This document shows, in pieces, positions 52,701 through 64,000 of a stretch of 64,000 nucleotides of DNA (position 1 is the stretch's first letter; each line of letters starts with the position of its first letter). The stretch lies in the NCBI RefSeq assembly GCF_009914755.1, contig NC_060946.1; one strand, given 5' to 3'. The position numbers and the translations under genes are program-made. The DNA comes from the human T2T-CHM13v2.0 reference genome, Homo sapiens. The notes below the pieces were generated by a model that was given only the letters and a program-made list of their open reading frames with translations, was not told where the DNA came from and ran no database searches.

Positions 52701-55700
52701 TGAATGCAGACATCACAGAGCAGTTTCTGAGAATGCTTCTGTCTAGATTTTATAGGAAGATATTCCCGTTTCCAACGAAATCTTCACAGCTATCCAAATA
52801 TCCACTTGCAGATTCTACAAAAAGAGTGTATCAAAACTGCTCTGTCAAAAGGAAGGTTCTTCTCTGTTAGGTGAGTGCATACGTCATAAAGGAGTTTCTG
52901 AGAATGTTTCTGTCTAGTGGTTATGGGAAGATATTTGCTTTTTCACCGTAGGCCTCAGAGCGCTCCAAATATCCACTTGCACATACTACAAAAAGAGTGC
53001 CTCAGAGCTGCTCTCTGAAACGGAATGTTCAACTCTATGAGTTGAATGCAAACATCACAAAGACGTTTCTGAGAATGCTTCTGTCTAGATTTGATATGAA
53101 GATATTCCCGTTTCCAACGAAATCTTCAAATCTATCCAAATGTCCACTTGCAGATTCAACAAAAAGTGTTTTTCAGAACTGCTCTATCAAAAGAAAGATC
53201 CACCTCTGTTAGCTGAGTTCACACATCACAAACAAGTTTATGAGAATGCTTCTGTCTAGTTTTTATTTGAAGATATTTCCTTTCTCACCATAGACCTGAA
53301 AGCTGTCCTAATGTTCACTTCCAGATACTACAGAAAGAGTGTTTCAAAACTGCTGTACGAAAGGGAATGTTCAACTCTGTGACTTGAATGCACACATCAC
53401 AAAGAAGTTTCTGAGGATGCTGCTGTCTACTTTTTATACGTAATCCCGTTTCCAACGAAATCCTCCAAGCTATCCAAATATCCACTTGCAGATTCCACAG
53501 AAAGACTGTTTCAAAACTGCTCTGTCAATAGAAAGGTTCAACTCTGTTAGCTGCGTGCATATATCCCAAAGAAGATTCTGAGATTGCTTCTGTCTAGTTT
53601 TTATGGGAAGATATTTCCCTTTTCACCGTAGGCGTCAAGGCGCTCCAAATGTCCACTTCCAGATACTACAAAAAGAGTGTTTCAAACCTACTCTGTGAAA
53701 GCGAATATTCAACTCTGTGACTTGAATGCACATATCACAAAGAAGTTTCTGAGAATGCTTCTGTCGAGATTTTATATGAAGATATTCCCGTTTCCAACGA
53801 AATCCTGAAATCTATCCAAATATCCCCTCGCAGATTCTACAAAAAGAGTGTTTCAAAACTGCTCTGTAAAAAGAAAGGTTCAACTCTGTTAGTTGAGTAC
53901 ACACATCACAAACAAGTTTCACAGAATGCTTCTTTCTAGCTTGTAGGGGAAGATATTCCCTTTATCACCATGGGCCTCCAAACGTCCGAAACGTCCACTT
54001 CCATATACTACAAAAAGAGCGTTTCAAACCTGCTCTAGGAAAGGCAATGTTCAACTCTGTGACTTGAATGCAGACATCACAGAGCAGTTTCTGAGAATGC
54101 TTCTGTCTAGATTTTATAGGAAGATATTCCCGTTTCCAACGAAATCTTCACAGCTATCCAAATATCCACTTGCAGATTCTACAAAAAGAGTGTATCAAAA
54201 CTGCTCTGTCAAAAGGAAGGTTCTTCTCTGTTAGGTGAGTGCATACGTCATAAAGGAGTTTCTGAGAATGTTTCTGTCTAGTGGTTATGGGAAGATATTT
54301 GCTTTTTCACCGTAGGCCTCAGAGCGCTCCAAATATCCACTTGCACATACTACAAAAAGAGTGCCTCAGAGCTGCTCTCTGAAACGGAATGTTCAACTCT
54401 ATGAGTTGAATGCAAACATCACAAAGACGTTTCTGAGAATGCTTCTGTCTAGATTTGATATGAAGATATTCCCGTTTCCAACGAAATCTTCAAATCTATC
54501 CAAATGTCCACTTGCAGATTCAACAAAAAGTGTTTTTCAGAACTGCTCTATCAAAAGAAAGATCCACCTCTGTTAGCTGAGTTCACACATCACAAACAAG
54601 TTTATGAGAATGCTTCTGTCTAGTTTTTATTTGAAGATATTTCCTTTCTCACCATAGACCTGAAAGCTGTCCTAATGTTCACTTCCAGATACTACAGAAA
54701 GAGTGTTTCAAAACTGCTGTACGAAAGGGAATGTTCAACTCTGTGACTTGAATGCACACATCACAAAGAAGTTTCTGAGGATGCTGCTGTCTACTTTTTA
54801 TACGTAATCCCGTTTCCAACGAAATCCTCCAAGCTATCCAAATATCCACTTGCAGATTCCACAGAAAGACTGTTTCAAAACTGCTCTGTCAATAGAAAGG
54901 TTCAACTCTGTTAGCTGCGTGCATATATCCCAAAGAAGATTCTGAGATTCCTTCTGTCTAGTTTTTATGGGAAGATATTTCCCTTTTCACCGTAGGCGTC
55001 AAGGCGCTCCAAATGTCCACTTCCAGATACTACAAAAAGAGTGTTTCAAACCTACTCTGTGAAAGCGAATATTCAACTCTGTGACTTGAATGCACATATC
55101 ACAAAGAAGTTTCTGAGAATGCTTCTGTCGAGATTTTATATGAAGATATTCCCGTTTCCAACGAAATCCTGAAATCTATCCAAATATCCCCTCGCAGATT
55201 CTACAAAAAGAGTGTTTCAAAACTGCTCTGTAAAAAGAAAGGTTCAACTCTGTTAGTTGAGTACACACATCACAAACAAGTTTCACAGAATGCTTCTTTC
55301 TAGCTTGTAGGGGAAGATATTCCCTTTATCACCATGGTCCTCAAACCGTCCGAAACGTCCACTTCCATATACTACAAAAAGAGCGTTTCAAACCTGCTCT
55401 AGGAAAGGCAATGTTCAACTCTGTGACTTGAATGCAGACATCACAGAGCAGTTTCTGAGAATGCTTCTGTCTAGATTTTATAGGAAGATATTCCCGTTTC
55501 CAACGAAATCTTCACAGCTATCCAAATATCCACTTGCAGATTCTACAAAAAGAGTGTATCAAAACTGCTCTGTCAAAAGGAAGGTTCTTCTCTGTTAGGT
55601 GAGTGCATACGTCATAAAGGAGTTTCTGAGAATGTTTCTGTCTAGTGGTTATGGGAAGATATTTGCTTTTTCACCGTAGGCCTCAGAGCGCTCCAAATAT

Positions 55701-58700
55701 CCACTTGCACATACTACAAAAAGAGTGCCTCAAAGCTGCTCTCTGAAACGGAATGTTCAACTCTATGAGTTGAATGCAAACATCACAAAGACGTTTCTGA
55801 GAATGCTTCTGTCTAGATTTGATATGAAGATATTCCCGTTTCCAACGAAATCTTCAAATCTATCCAAATGTCCACTTGCAGATTCAACAAAAAGTGTTTT
55901 TCAGAACTGCTCTATCAAAAGAAAGATCCACCTCTGTTAGCTGAGTTCACACATCACAAACAAGTTTATGAGAATGCTTCTGTCTAGTTTTTATTTGAAG
56001 ATATTTCCTTTCTCACCATAGACCTGAAAGCTGTCCTAATGTTCACTTCCAGATACTACAGAAAGAGTGTTTCAAAACTGCTGTACGAAAGGGAATGTTC
56101 AACTCTGTGACTTGAATGCACACATCACAAAGAAGTTTCTGAGGATGCTGCTGTCTACTTTTTATACGTAATCCCGTTTCCAACGAAATCCTCCAAGCTA
56201 TCCAAATATCCACTTGCAGATTCCACAGAAAGACTGTTTCAAAACTGCTCTGTCAATAGAAAGGTTCAACTCTGTTAGCTGCGTGCATATATCCCAAAGA
56301 AGATTCTGAGATTGCTTCTGTCTAGTTTTTATGGGAAGATATTTCCCTTTTCACCGTAGGCGTCAAGGCGCTCCAAATGTCCACTTCCAGATACTACAAA
56401 AAGAGTGTTTCAAACCTACTCTGTGAAAGGGAATATTCAACTCTGTGACTTGAATGCACATATCACAAAGAAGTTTCTGAGAATGCTTCTGTCGAGATTT
56501 TATATGAAGATATTCCCGTTTCCAACGAAATCCTGAAATCTATCCAAATATCCCCTCGCAGATTCTACAAAAAGAGTGTTTCAAAACTGCTCTGTAAAAA
56601 GAAAGGTTCAACTCTGTTAGTTGAGTACACACATCACAAACAAGTTTCACAGAATGCTTCTTTCTAGCTTGTAGGGGAAGATATTCCCTTTATCACCATG
56701 GGCCTCCAAACGTCCGAAACGTCCACTTCCATATACTACAAAAAGAGCGTTTCAAACCTGCTCTAGGAAAGGCAATGTTCAACTCTGTGACTTGAATGCA
56801 GACATCACAGAGCAGTTTCTGAGAATGCTTCTGTCTAGATTTTATAGGAAGATATTCCCGTTTCCAACGAAATCTTCACAGCTATCCAAATATCCACTTG
56901 CAGATTCTACAAAAAGAGTGTATCAAAACTGCTCTGTCAAAAGGAAGGTTCTTCTCTGTTAGGTGAGTGCATACGTCATAAAGGAGTTTCTGAGAATGTT
57001 TCTGTCTAGTGGTTATGGGAAGATATTTGCTTTTTCACCGTAGGCCTCAGAGCGCTCCAAATATCCACTTGCACATACTACAAAAAGAGTGCCTCAAAGC
57101 TGCTCTCTGAAACGGAATGTTCAACTCTATGAGTTGAATGCAAACATCACAAAGACGTTTCTGAGAATGCTTCTGTCTAGATTTGATATGAAGATATTCC
57201 CGTTTCCAACGAAATCTTCAAATCTATCCAAATGTCCACTTGCAGATTCAACAAAAAGTGTTTTTCAGAACTGCTGTATCAAAAGAAAGATCCACGTCTG
57301 TTAGCTGAGTTCACACATCACAAACAAGTTTATGAGAATGCTTCTGTCTAGTTTTTATTTGAAGATATTTCCTTTCTCACCATAGACCTGAAAGCTGTCC
57401 TAATGTTCACTTCCAGATACTACAGAAAGAGTGTTTCAAAACTGCTGTACGAAAGGGAATTTTCAACCCTGTGACTTGAATGCACACATCACAAAGAAGT
57501 TTCTGAGGATGCTGCTGTCTACTTTTTATACGTAATCCCGTTTCCAACGAAATCCTCCAAGCTATCCAAATATCCACTTGCAGATTCCACAGAAAGACTG
57601 TTTCAAAACTGCTCTGTCAATAGAAAGGTTCAACTCTGTTAGCTGCGTGCATATATCCCAAAGAAGATTCTGAGATTGCTTCTGTCTAGTTTTTATGGGA
57701 AGATATTTCCCTTTTCACCGTAGGCGTCAAGGCGCTCCAAATGTCCACTTCCAGATACTACAAAAAGAGTGTTTCAAACCTACTCTGTGAAAGGGAATAT
57801 TCAACTCTGTGACTTGAATGCACATATCACAAAGAAGTTTCTGAGAATGCTTCTGTCGAGATTTTATATGAAGATATTCCCGTTTCCAACGAAATCCTGA
57901 AATCTATCCAAATATCCCCTCGCAGATTCTACAAAAAGAGTGTTTCAAAACTGCTCTGTAAAAAGAAAGGTTCAACTCTGTTAGTTGAGTACACACATCA
58001 CAAACAAGTTTCACAGAATGCTTCTTTCTAGCTTGTAGGGGAAGATATTCCCTTTATCACCATGGGCCTCCAAACGTCCGAAACGTCCACTTCCATATAC
58101 TACAAAAAGAGCGTTTCAAACCTGCTCTAGGAAAGGCAATGTTCAACTCTGTGACTTGAATGCAGACATCACAGAGCAGTTTCTGAGAATGCTTCTGTCT
58201 AGATTTTATAGGAAGATATTCCCGTTTCCAACGAAATCTTCACAGCTATCCAAATATCCACTTGCAGATTCTACAAAAAGAGTGTATCAAAACTGCTCTG
58301 TCAAAAGGAAGGTTCTTCTCTGTTAGGTGAGTGCATACGTCATAAAGGAGTTTCTGAGAATGTTTCTGTCTAGTGGTTATGGGAAGATATTTGCTTTTTC
58401 ACCGTAGGCCTCAGAGCGCTCCAAATATCCACTTGCACATACTACAAAAAGAGTGCCTCAGAGCTGCTCTCTGAAACGGAATGTTCAACTCTATGAGTTG
58501 AATGCAAACATCACAAAGACGTTTCTGAGAATGCTTCTGTCTAGATTTGATATGAAGATATTCCCGTTTCCAACGAAATCTTCAAATCTATCCAAATGTC
58601 CACTTGCAGATTCAACAAAAAGTGTTTTTCAGAACTGCTCTATCAAAAGAAAGATCCACCTCTGTTAGCTGAGTTCACACATCACAAACAAGTTTATGAG

Positions 58701-61700
58701 AATGCTTCTGTCTAGTTTTTATTTGAAGATATTTCCTTTCTCACCATAGACCTGAAAGCTGTCCTAATGTTCACTTCCAGATACTACAGAAAGAGTGTTT
58801 CAAAACTGCTGTACGAAAGGGAATGTTCAACTCTGTGACTTGAATGCACACATCACAAAGAAGTTTCTGAGGATGCTGCTGTCTACTTTTTATACGTAAT
58901 CCCGTTTCCAACGAAATCCTCCAAGCTATCCAAATATCCACTTGCAGATTCCACAGAAAGACTGTTTCAAAACTGCTCTGTCAATAGAAAGGTTCAACTC
59001 TGTTAGCTGCGTGCATATATCCCAAAGAAGATTCTGAGATTCCTTCTGTCTAGTTTTTATGGGAAGATATTTCCCTTTTCACCGTAGGCGTCAAGGCGCT
59101 CCAAATGTCCACTTCCAGATACTACAAAAAGAGTGTTTCAAACCTACTCTGTGAAAGCGAATATTCAACTCTGTGACTTGAATGCACATATCACAAAGAA
59201 GTTTCTGAGAATGCTTCTGTCGAGATTTTATATGAAGATATTCCCGTTTCCAACGAAATCCTGAAATCTATCCAAATATCCCCTCGCAGATTCTACAAAA
59301 AGAGTGTTTCAAAACTGCTCTGTAAAAAGAAAGGTTCAACTCTGTTAGTTGAGTACACACATCACAAACAAGTTTCACAGAATGCTTCTTTCTAGCTTGT
59401 AGGGGAAGATATTCCCTTTATCACCATGGTCCTCAAACCGTCCGAAACGTCCACTTCCATATACTACAAAAAGAGCGTTTCAAACCTGCTCTAGGAAAGG
59501 CAATGTTCAACTCTGTGACTTGAATGCAGACATCACAGAGCAGTTTCTGAGAATGCTTCTGTCTAGATTTTATAGGAAGATATTCCCGTTTCCAACGAAA
59601 TCTTCACAGCTATCCAAATATCCACTTGCAGATTCTACAAAAAGAGTGTATCAAAACTGCTCTGTCAAAAGGAAGGTTCTTCTCTGTTAGGTGAGTGCAT
59701 ACGTCATAAAGGAGTTTCTGAGAATGTTTCTGTCTAGTGGTTATGGGAAGATATTTGCTTTTTCACCGTAGGCCTCAGAGCGCTCCAAATATCCACTTGC
59801 ACATACTACAAAAAGAGTGCCTCAAAGCTGCTCTCTGAAACGGAATGTTCAACTCTATGAGTTGAATGCAAACATCACAAAGACGTTTCTGAGAATGCTT
59901 CTGTCTAGATTTGATATGAAGATATTCCCGTTTCCAACGAAATCTTCAAATCTATCCAAATGTCCACTTGCAGATTCAACAAAAAGTGTTTTTCAGAACT
60001 GCTGTATCAAAAGAAAGATCCACGTCTGTTAGCTGAGTTCACACATCACAAACAAGTTTATGAGAATGCTTCTGTCTAGTTTTTATTTGAAGATATTTCC
60101 TTTCTCACCATAGACCTGAAAGCTGTCCTAATGTTCACTTCCAGATACTACAGAAAGAGTGTTTCAAAACTGCTGTACGAAAGGGAATTTTCAACCCTGT
60201 GACTTGAATGCACACATCACAAAGAAGTTTCTGAGGATGCTGCTGTCTACTTTTTATACGTAATCCCGTTTCCAACGAAATCCTCCAAGCTATCCAAATA
60301 TCCACTTGCAGATTCCACAGAAAGACTGTTTCAAAACTGCTCTGTCAATAGAAAGGTTCAACTCTGTTAGCTGCGTGCATATATCCCGAAGAAGATTCTG
60401 AGATTGCTTCTGTCTAGTTTTTATGGGAAGATATTTCCCTTTTCACCGTAGGCGTCAAGGCGCTCCAAATGTCCACTTCCAGATACTACAAAAAGAGTGT
60501 TTCAAACCTACTCTGTGAAAGCGAATATTCAACTCTGTGACTTGAATGCACATATCACAAAGAAGTTTCTGAGAATGCTTCTGTCGAGATTTTATATGAA
60601 GATATTCCCGTTTCCAACGAAATCCTGAAATCTATCCAAATATCCCCTCGCAGATTCTACAAAAAGAGTGTTTCAAAACTGCTCTGTAAAAAGAAAGGTT
60701 CAACTCTGTTAGTTGAGTACACACATCACAAACAAGTTTCACAGAATGCTTCTTTCTAGCTTGTAGGGGAAGATATTCCCTTTATCACCATGGTCCTCAA
60801 ACCGTCCGAAACGTCCACTTCCATATACTACAAAAAGAGCGTTTCAAACCTGCTCTAGGAAAGGCAATGTTCAACTCTGTGACTTGAATGCAGACATCAC
60901 AGAGCAGTTTCTGAGAATGCTTCTGTCTAGATTTTATAGGAAGATATTCCCGTTTCCAACGAAATCTTCACAGCTATCCAAATATCCACTTGCAGATTCT
61001 ACAAAAAGAGTGTATCAAAACTGCTCTGTCAAAAGGAAGGTTCTTCTCTGTTAGGTGAGTGCATACGTCATAAAGGAGTTTCTGAGAATGTTTCTGTCTA
61101 GTGGTTATGGGAAGATATTTGCTTTTTCACCGTAGGCCTCAGAGCGCTCCAAATATCCACTTGCACATACTACAAAAAGAGTGCCTCAAAGCTGCTCTCT
61201 GAAACGGAATGTTCAACTCTATGAGTTGAATGCAAACATCACAAAGACGTTTCTGAGAATGCTTCTGTCTAGATTTGATATGAAGATATTCCCGTTTCCA
61301 ACGAAATCTTCAAATCTATCCAAATGTCCACTTGCAGATTCAACAAAAAGTGTTTTTCAGAACTGCTGTATCAAAAGAAAGATCCACGTCTGTTAGCTGA
61401 GTTCACACATCACAAACAAGTTTATGAGAATGCTTCTGTCTAGTTTTTATTTGAAGATATTTCCTTTCTCACCATAGACCTGAAAGCTGTCCTAATGTTC
61501 ACTTCCAGATACTACAGAAAGAGTGTTTCAAAACTGCTGTACGAAAGGGAATTTTCAACCCTGTGACTTGAATGCACACATCACAAAGAAGTTTCTGAGG
61601 ATGCTGCTGTCTACTTTTTATACGTAATCCCGTTTCCAACGAAATCCTCCAAGCTATCCAAATATCCACTTGCAGATTCCACAGAAAGACTGTTTCAAAA

Positions 61701-64000
61701 CTGCTCTGTCAATAGAAAGGTTCAACTCTGTTAGCTGCGTGCATATATCCCGAAGAAGATTCTGAGATTGCTTCTGTCTAGTTTTTATGGGAAGATATTT
61801 CCCTTTTCACCGTAGGCGTCAAGGCGCTCCAAATGTCCACTTCCAGATACTACAAAAAGAGTGTTTCAAACCTACTCTGTGAAAGGGAATATTCAACTCT
61901 GTGACTTGAATGCACATATCACAAAGAAGTTTCTGAGAATGCTTCTGTCGAGATTTTATATGAAGATATTCCCGTTTCCAACGAAATCCTGAAATCTATC
62001 CAAATATCCCCTCGCAGATTCTACAAAAAGAGTGTTTCAAAACTGCTCTGTAAAAAGAAAGGTTCAACTCTGTTAGTTGAGTACACACATCACAAACAAG
62101 TTTCACAGAATGCTTCTTTCTAGCTTGTAGGGGAAGATATTCCCTTTATCACCATGGGCCTCCAAACGTCCGAAACGTCCACTTCCATATACTACAAAAA
62201 GAGCGTTTCAAACCTGCTCTAGGAAAGGCAATGTTCAACTCTGTGACTTGAATGCAGACATCACAGAGCAGTTTCTGAGAATGCTTCTGTCTAGATTTTA
62301 TAGGAAGATATTCCCGTTTCCAACGAAATCTTCACAGCTATCCAAATATCCACTTGCAGATTCTACAAAAAGAGTGTATCAAAACTGCTCTGTCAAAAGG
62401 AAGGTTCTTCTCTGTTAGGTGAGTGCATACGTCATAAAGGAGTTTCTGAGAATGTTTCTGTCTAGTGGTTATGGGAAGATATTTGCTTTTTCACCGTAGG
62501 CCTCAGAGCGCTCCAAATATCCACTTGCACATACTACAAAAAGAGTGCCTCAGAGCTGCTCTCTGAAACGGAATGTTCAACTCTATGAGTTGAATGCAAA
62601 CATCACAAAGACGTTTCTGAGAATGCTTCTGTCTAGATTTGATATGAAGATATTCCCGTTTCCAACGAAATCTTCAAATCTATCCAAATGTCCACTTGCA
62701 GATTCAACAAAAAGTGTTTTTCAGAACTGCTCTATCAAAAGAAAGATCCACCTCTGTTAGCTGAGTTCACACATCACAAACAAGTTTATGAGAATGCTTC
62801 TGTCTAGTTTTTATTTGAAGATATTTCCTTTCTCACCATAGACCTGAAAGCTGTCCTAATGTTCACTTCCAGATACTACAGAAAGAGTGTTTCAAAACTG
62901 CTGTACGAAAGGGAATGTTCAACTCTGTGACTTGAATGCACACATCACAAAGAAGTTTCTGAGGATGCTGCTGTCTACTTTTTATACGTAATCCCGTTTC
63001 CAACGAAATCCTCCAAGCTATCCAAATATCCACTTGCAGATTCCACAGAAAGACTGTTTCAAAACTGCTCTGTCAATAGAAAGGTTCAACTCTGTTAGCT
63101 GCGTGCATATATCCCAAAGAAGATTCTGAGATTGCTTCTGTCTAGTTTTTATGGGAAGATATTTCCCTTTTCACCGTAGGCGTCAAGGCGCTCCAAATGT
63201 CCACTTCCAGATACTACAAAAAGAGTGTTTCAAACCTACTCTGTGAAAGGGAATATTCAACTCTGTGACTTGAATGCACATATCACAAAGAAGTTTCTGA
63301 GAATGCTTCTGTCGAGATTTTATATGAAGATATTCCCGTTTCCAACGAAATCCTGAAATCTATCCAAATATCCCCTCGCAGATTCTACAAAAAGAGTGTT
63401 TCAAAACTGCTCTGTAAAAAGAAAGGTTCAACTCTGTTAGTTGAGTACACACATCACAAACAAGTTTCACAGAATGCTTCTTTCTAGCTTGTAGGGGAAG
63501 ATATTCCCTTTATCACCATGGGCCTCCAAACGTCCGAAACGTCCACTTCCATATACTACAAAAAGAGCGTTTCAAACCTGCTCTAGGAAAGGCAATGTTC
63601 AACTCTGTGACTTGAATGCAGACATCACAGAGCAGTTTCTGAGAATGCTTCTGTCTAGATTTTATAGGAAGATATTCCCGTTTCCAACGAAATCTTCACA
63701 GCTATCCAAATATCCACTTGCAGATTCTACAAAAAGAGTGTATCAAAACTGCTCTGTCAAAAGGAAGGTTCTTCTCTGTTAGGTGAGTGCATACGTCATA
63801 AAGGAGTTTCTGAGAATGTTTCTGTCTAGTGGTTATGGGAAGATATTTGCTTTTTCACCGTAGGCCTCAGAGCGCTCCAAATATCCACTTGCACATACTA
63901 CAAAAAGAGTGCCTCAGAGCTGCTCTCTGAAACGGAATGTTCAACTCTATGAGTTGAATGCAAACATCACAAAGACGTTTCTGAGAATGCTTCTGTCTAG
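40721..64000 (-). repeat. Sub-array 2: 17 units of exactly 1364 bp with a distinct variant set
   Basis: Every unit has ctaggaaagg instead of ctatgaaagg, so the 65-aa ORF is absent. Segregating variants are ctgctgtatc+ccacgtctg, ttttcaaccc, ctccaaacg, gaaagcgaa and tggtcctc. No indels. Confidence 0.88.

Larger units (their letters stand above)
1..64000 (-). repeat. Alpha-satellite (alphoid) centromeric tandem array, 8-mer HOR of 1363-1364 bp, about 47 copies (~375 monomers)
   Basis: Alphoid motifs (gttcaactctgtga, tttctgagaatgcttctgtctag, ccacttgcagattctacaaaaagagtgtttcaaaactgctct) recur about every 171 bp. The ORF track repeats at exactly 1364 bp (e.g. 40721, 42085, 43449 ... 62545). CENP-B boxes read on the minus strand throughout. 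Confidence 0.99.
1..64000 (-). other. Probable identity: SF2 active HOR array of human chr14/chr22 (S2C14/22H1L; D14Z9/D22Z1)
   Basis: Octamer HOR built of four A-box/B-box dimers, with monomers resembling my recall of the acrocentric 13/21 and 14/22 alphoid family. The 13/21 array is mainly 11-mer/7-mer, whereas 14/22 is an 8-mer. Based on recall, not a database search. chr14 and chr22 cannot be distinguished here. Confidence 0.75.

Noticed and set aside
856-62760. Repeated 65-aa and 71-aa ORFs (MKGNVQLCDL..., MPQSCSLKRN...)
   Set aside because: They are chance open frames in alphoid monomers, copied with the HOR and switched on or off by single satellite variants (atg>agg, a new taa). The 71-aa ORF starts at GTG. 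There is no gene context. They are useful only as haplotype markers.
1-64000. CRISPR-like array or other repeat-spacer system
   Set aside because: The sequence between the conserved 17-bp boxes is itself repeated homologous satellite, not unique spacers. There are no cas genes.
1-64000. L1/Alu insertion, inversion or HOR structural variants with missing monomers
   Set aside because: Marker spacing stays at 1363-1364 bp per octamer apart from 1-bp indels, and all CENP-B boxes keep one orientation. This leaves no room for insertions or monomer deletions.

Overview
The whole 64 kb window is one uninterrupted, single-orientation array of primate (human-type) centromeric alpha-satellite DNA. The ~171-bp monomers are organised as an 8-monomer higher-order repeat (HOR) of 1364 bp, with about 47 copies that look roughly 99% identical by eye. 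A CENP-B box sits in every second monomer on the minus strand. The octamer length, dimeric substructure and my recall of the sequence best fit the SF2 live array shared by human chromosomes 14 and 22 (S2C14/22H1L; D14Z9/D22Z1); this is not verified by a search. I see no genes, RNA genes, transposon insertions or inversions, and all listed ORFs are repeat artefacts. I find no new protein-coding system. The interesting structure lies in how variants are distributed among HOR copies. (1) From 1 to ~29.8 kb, about 11 near-perfect copies of a 2727-bp dimer of two distinguishable octamers form a nascent 16-mer super-HOR. (2) From ~29.8 to 40.7 kb, a mosaic zone holds less-derived versions of that dimer and a duplication at 6819-bp offset. 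(3) From ~40.7 to 64 kb, strictly 1364-bp units carry a different variant set with a looser two-unit alternation. All variant calls were read by eye and need confirmation by alignment.
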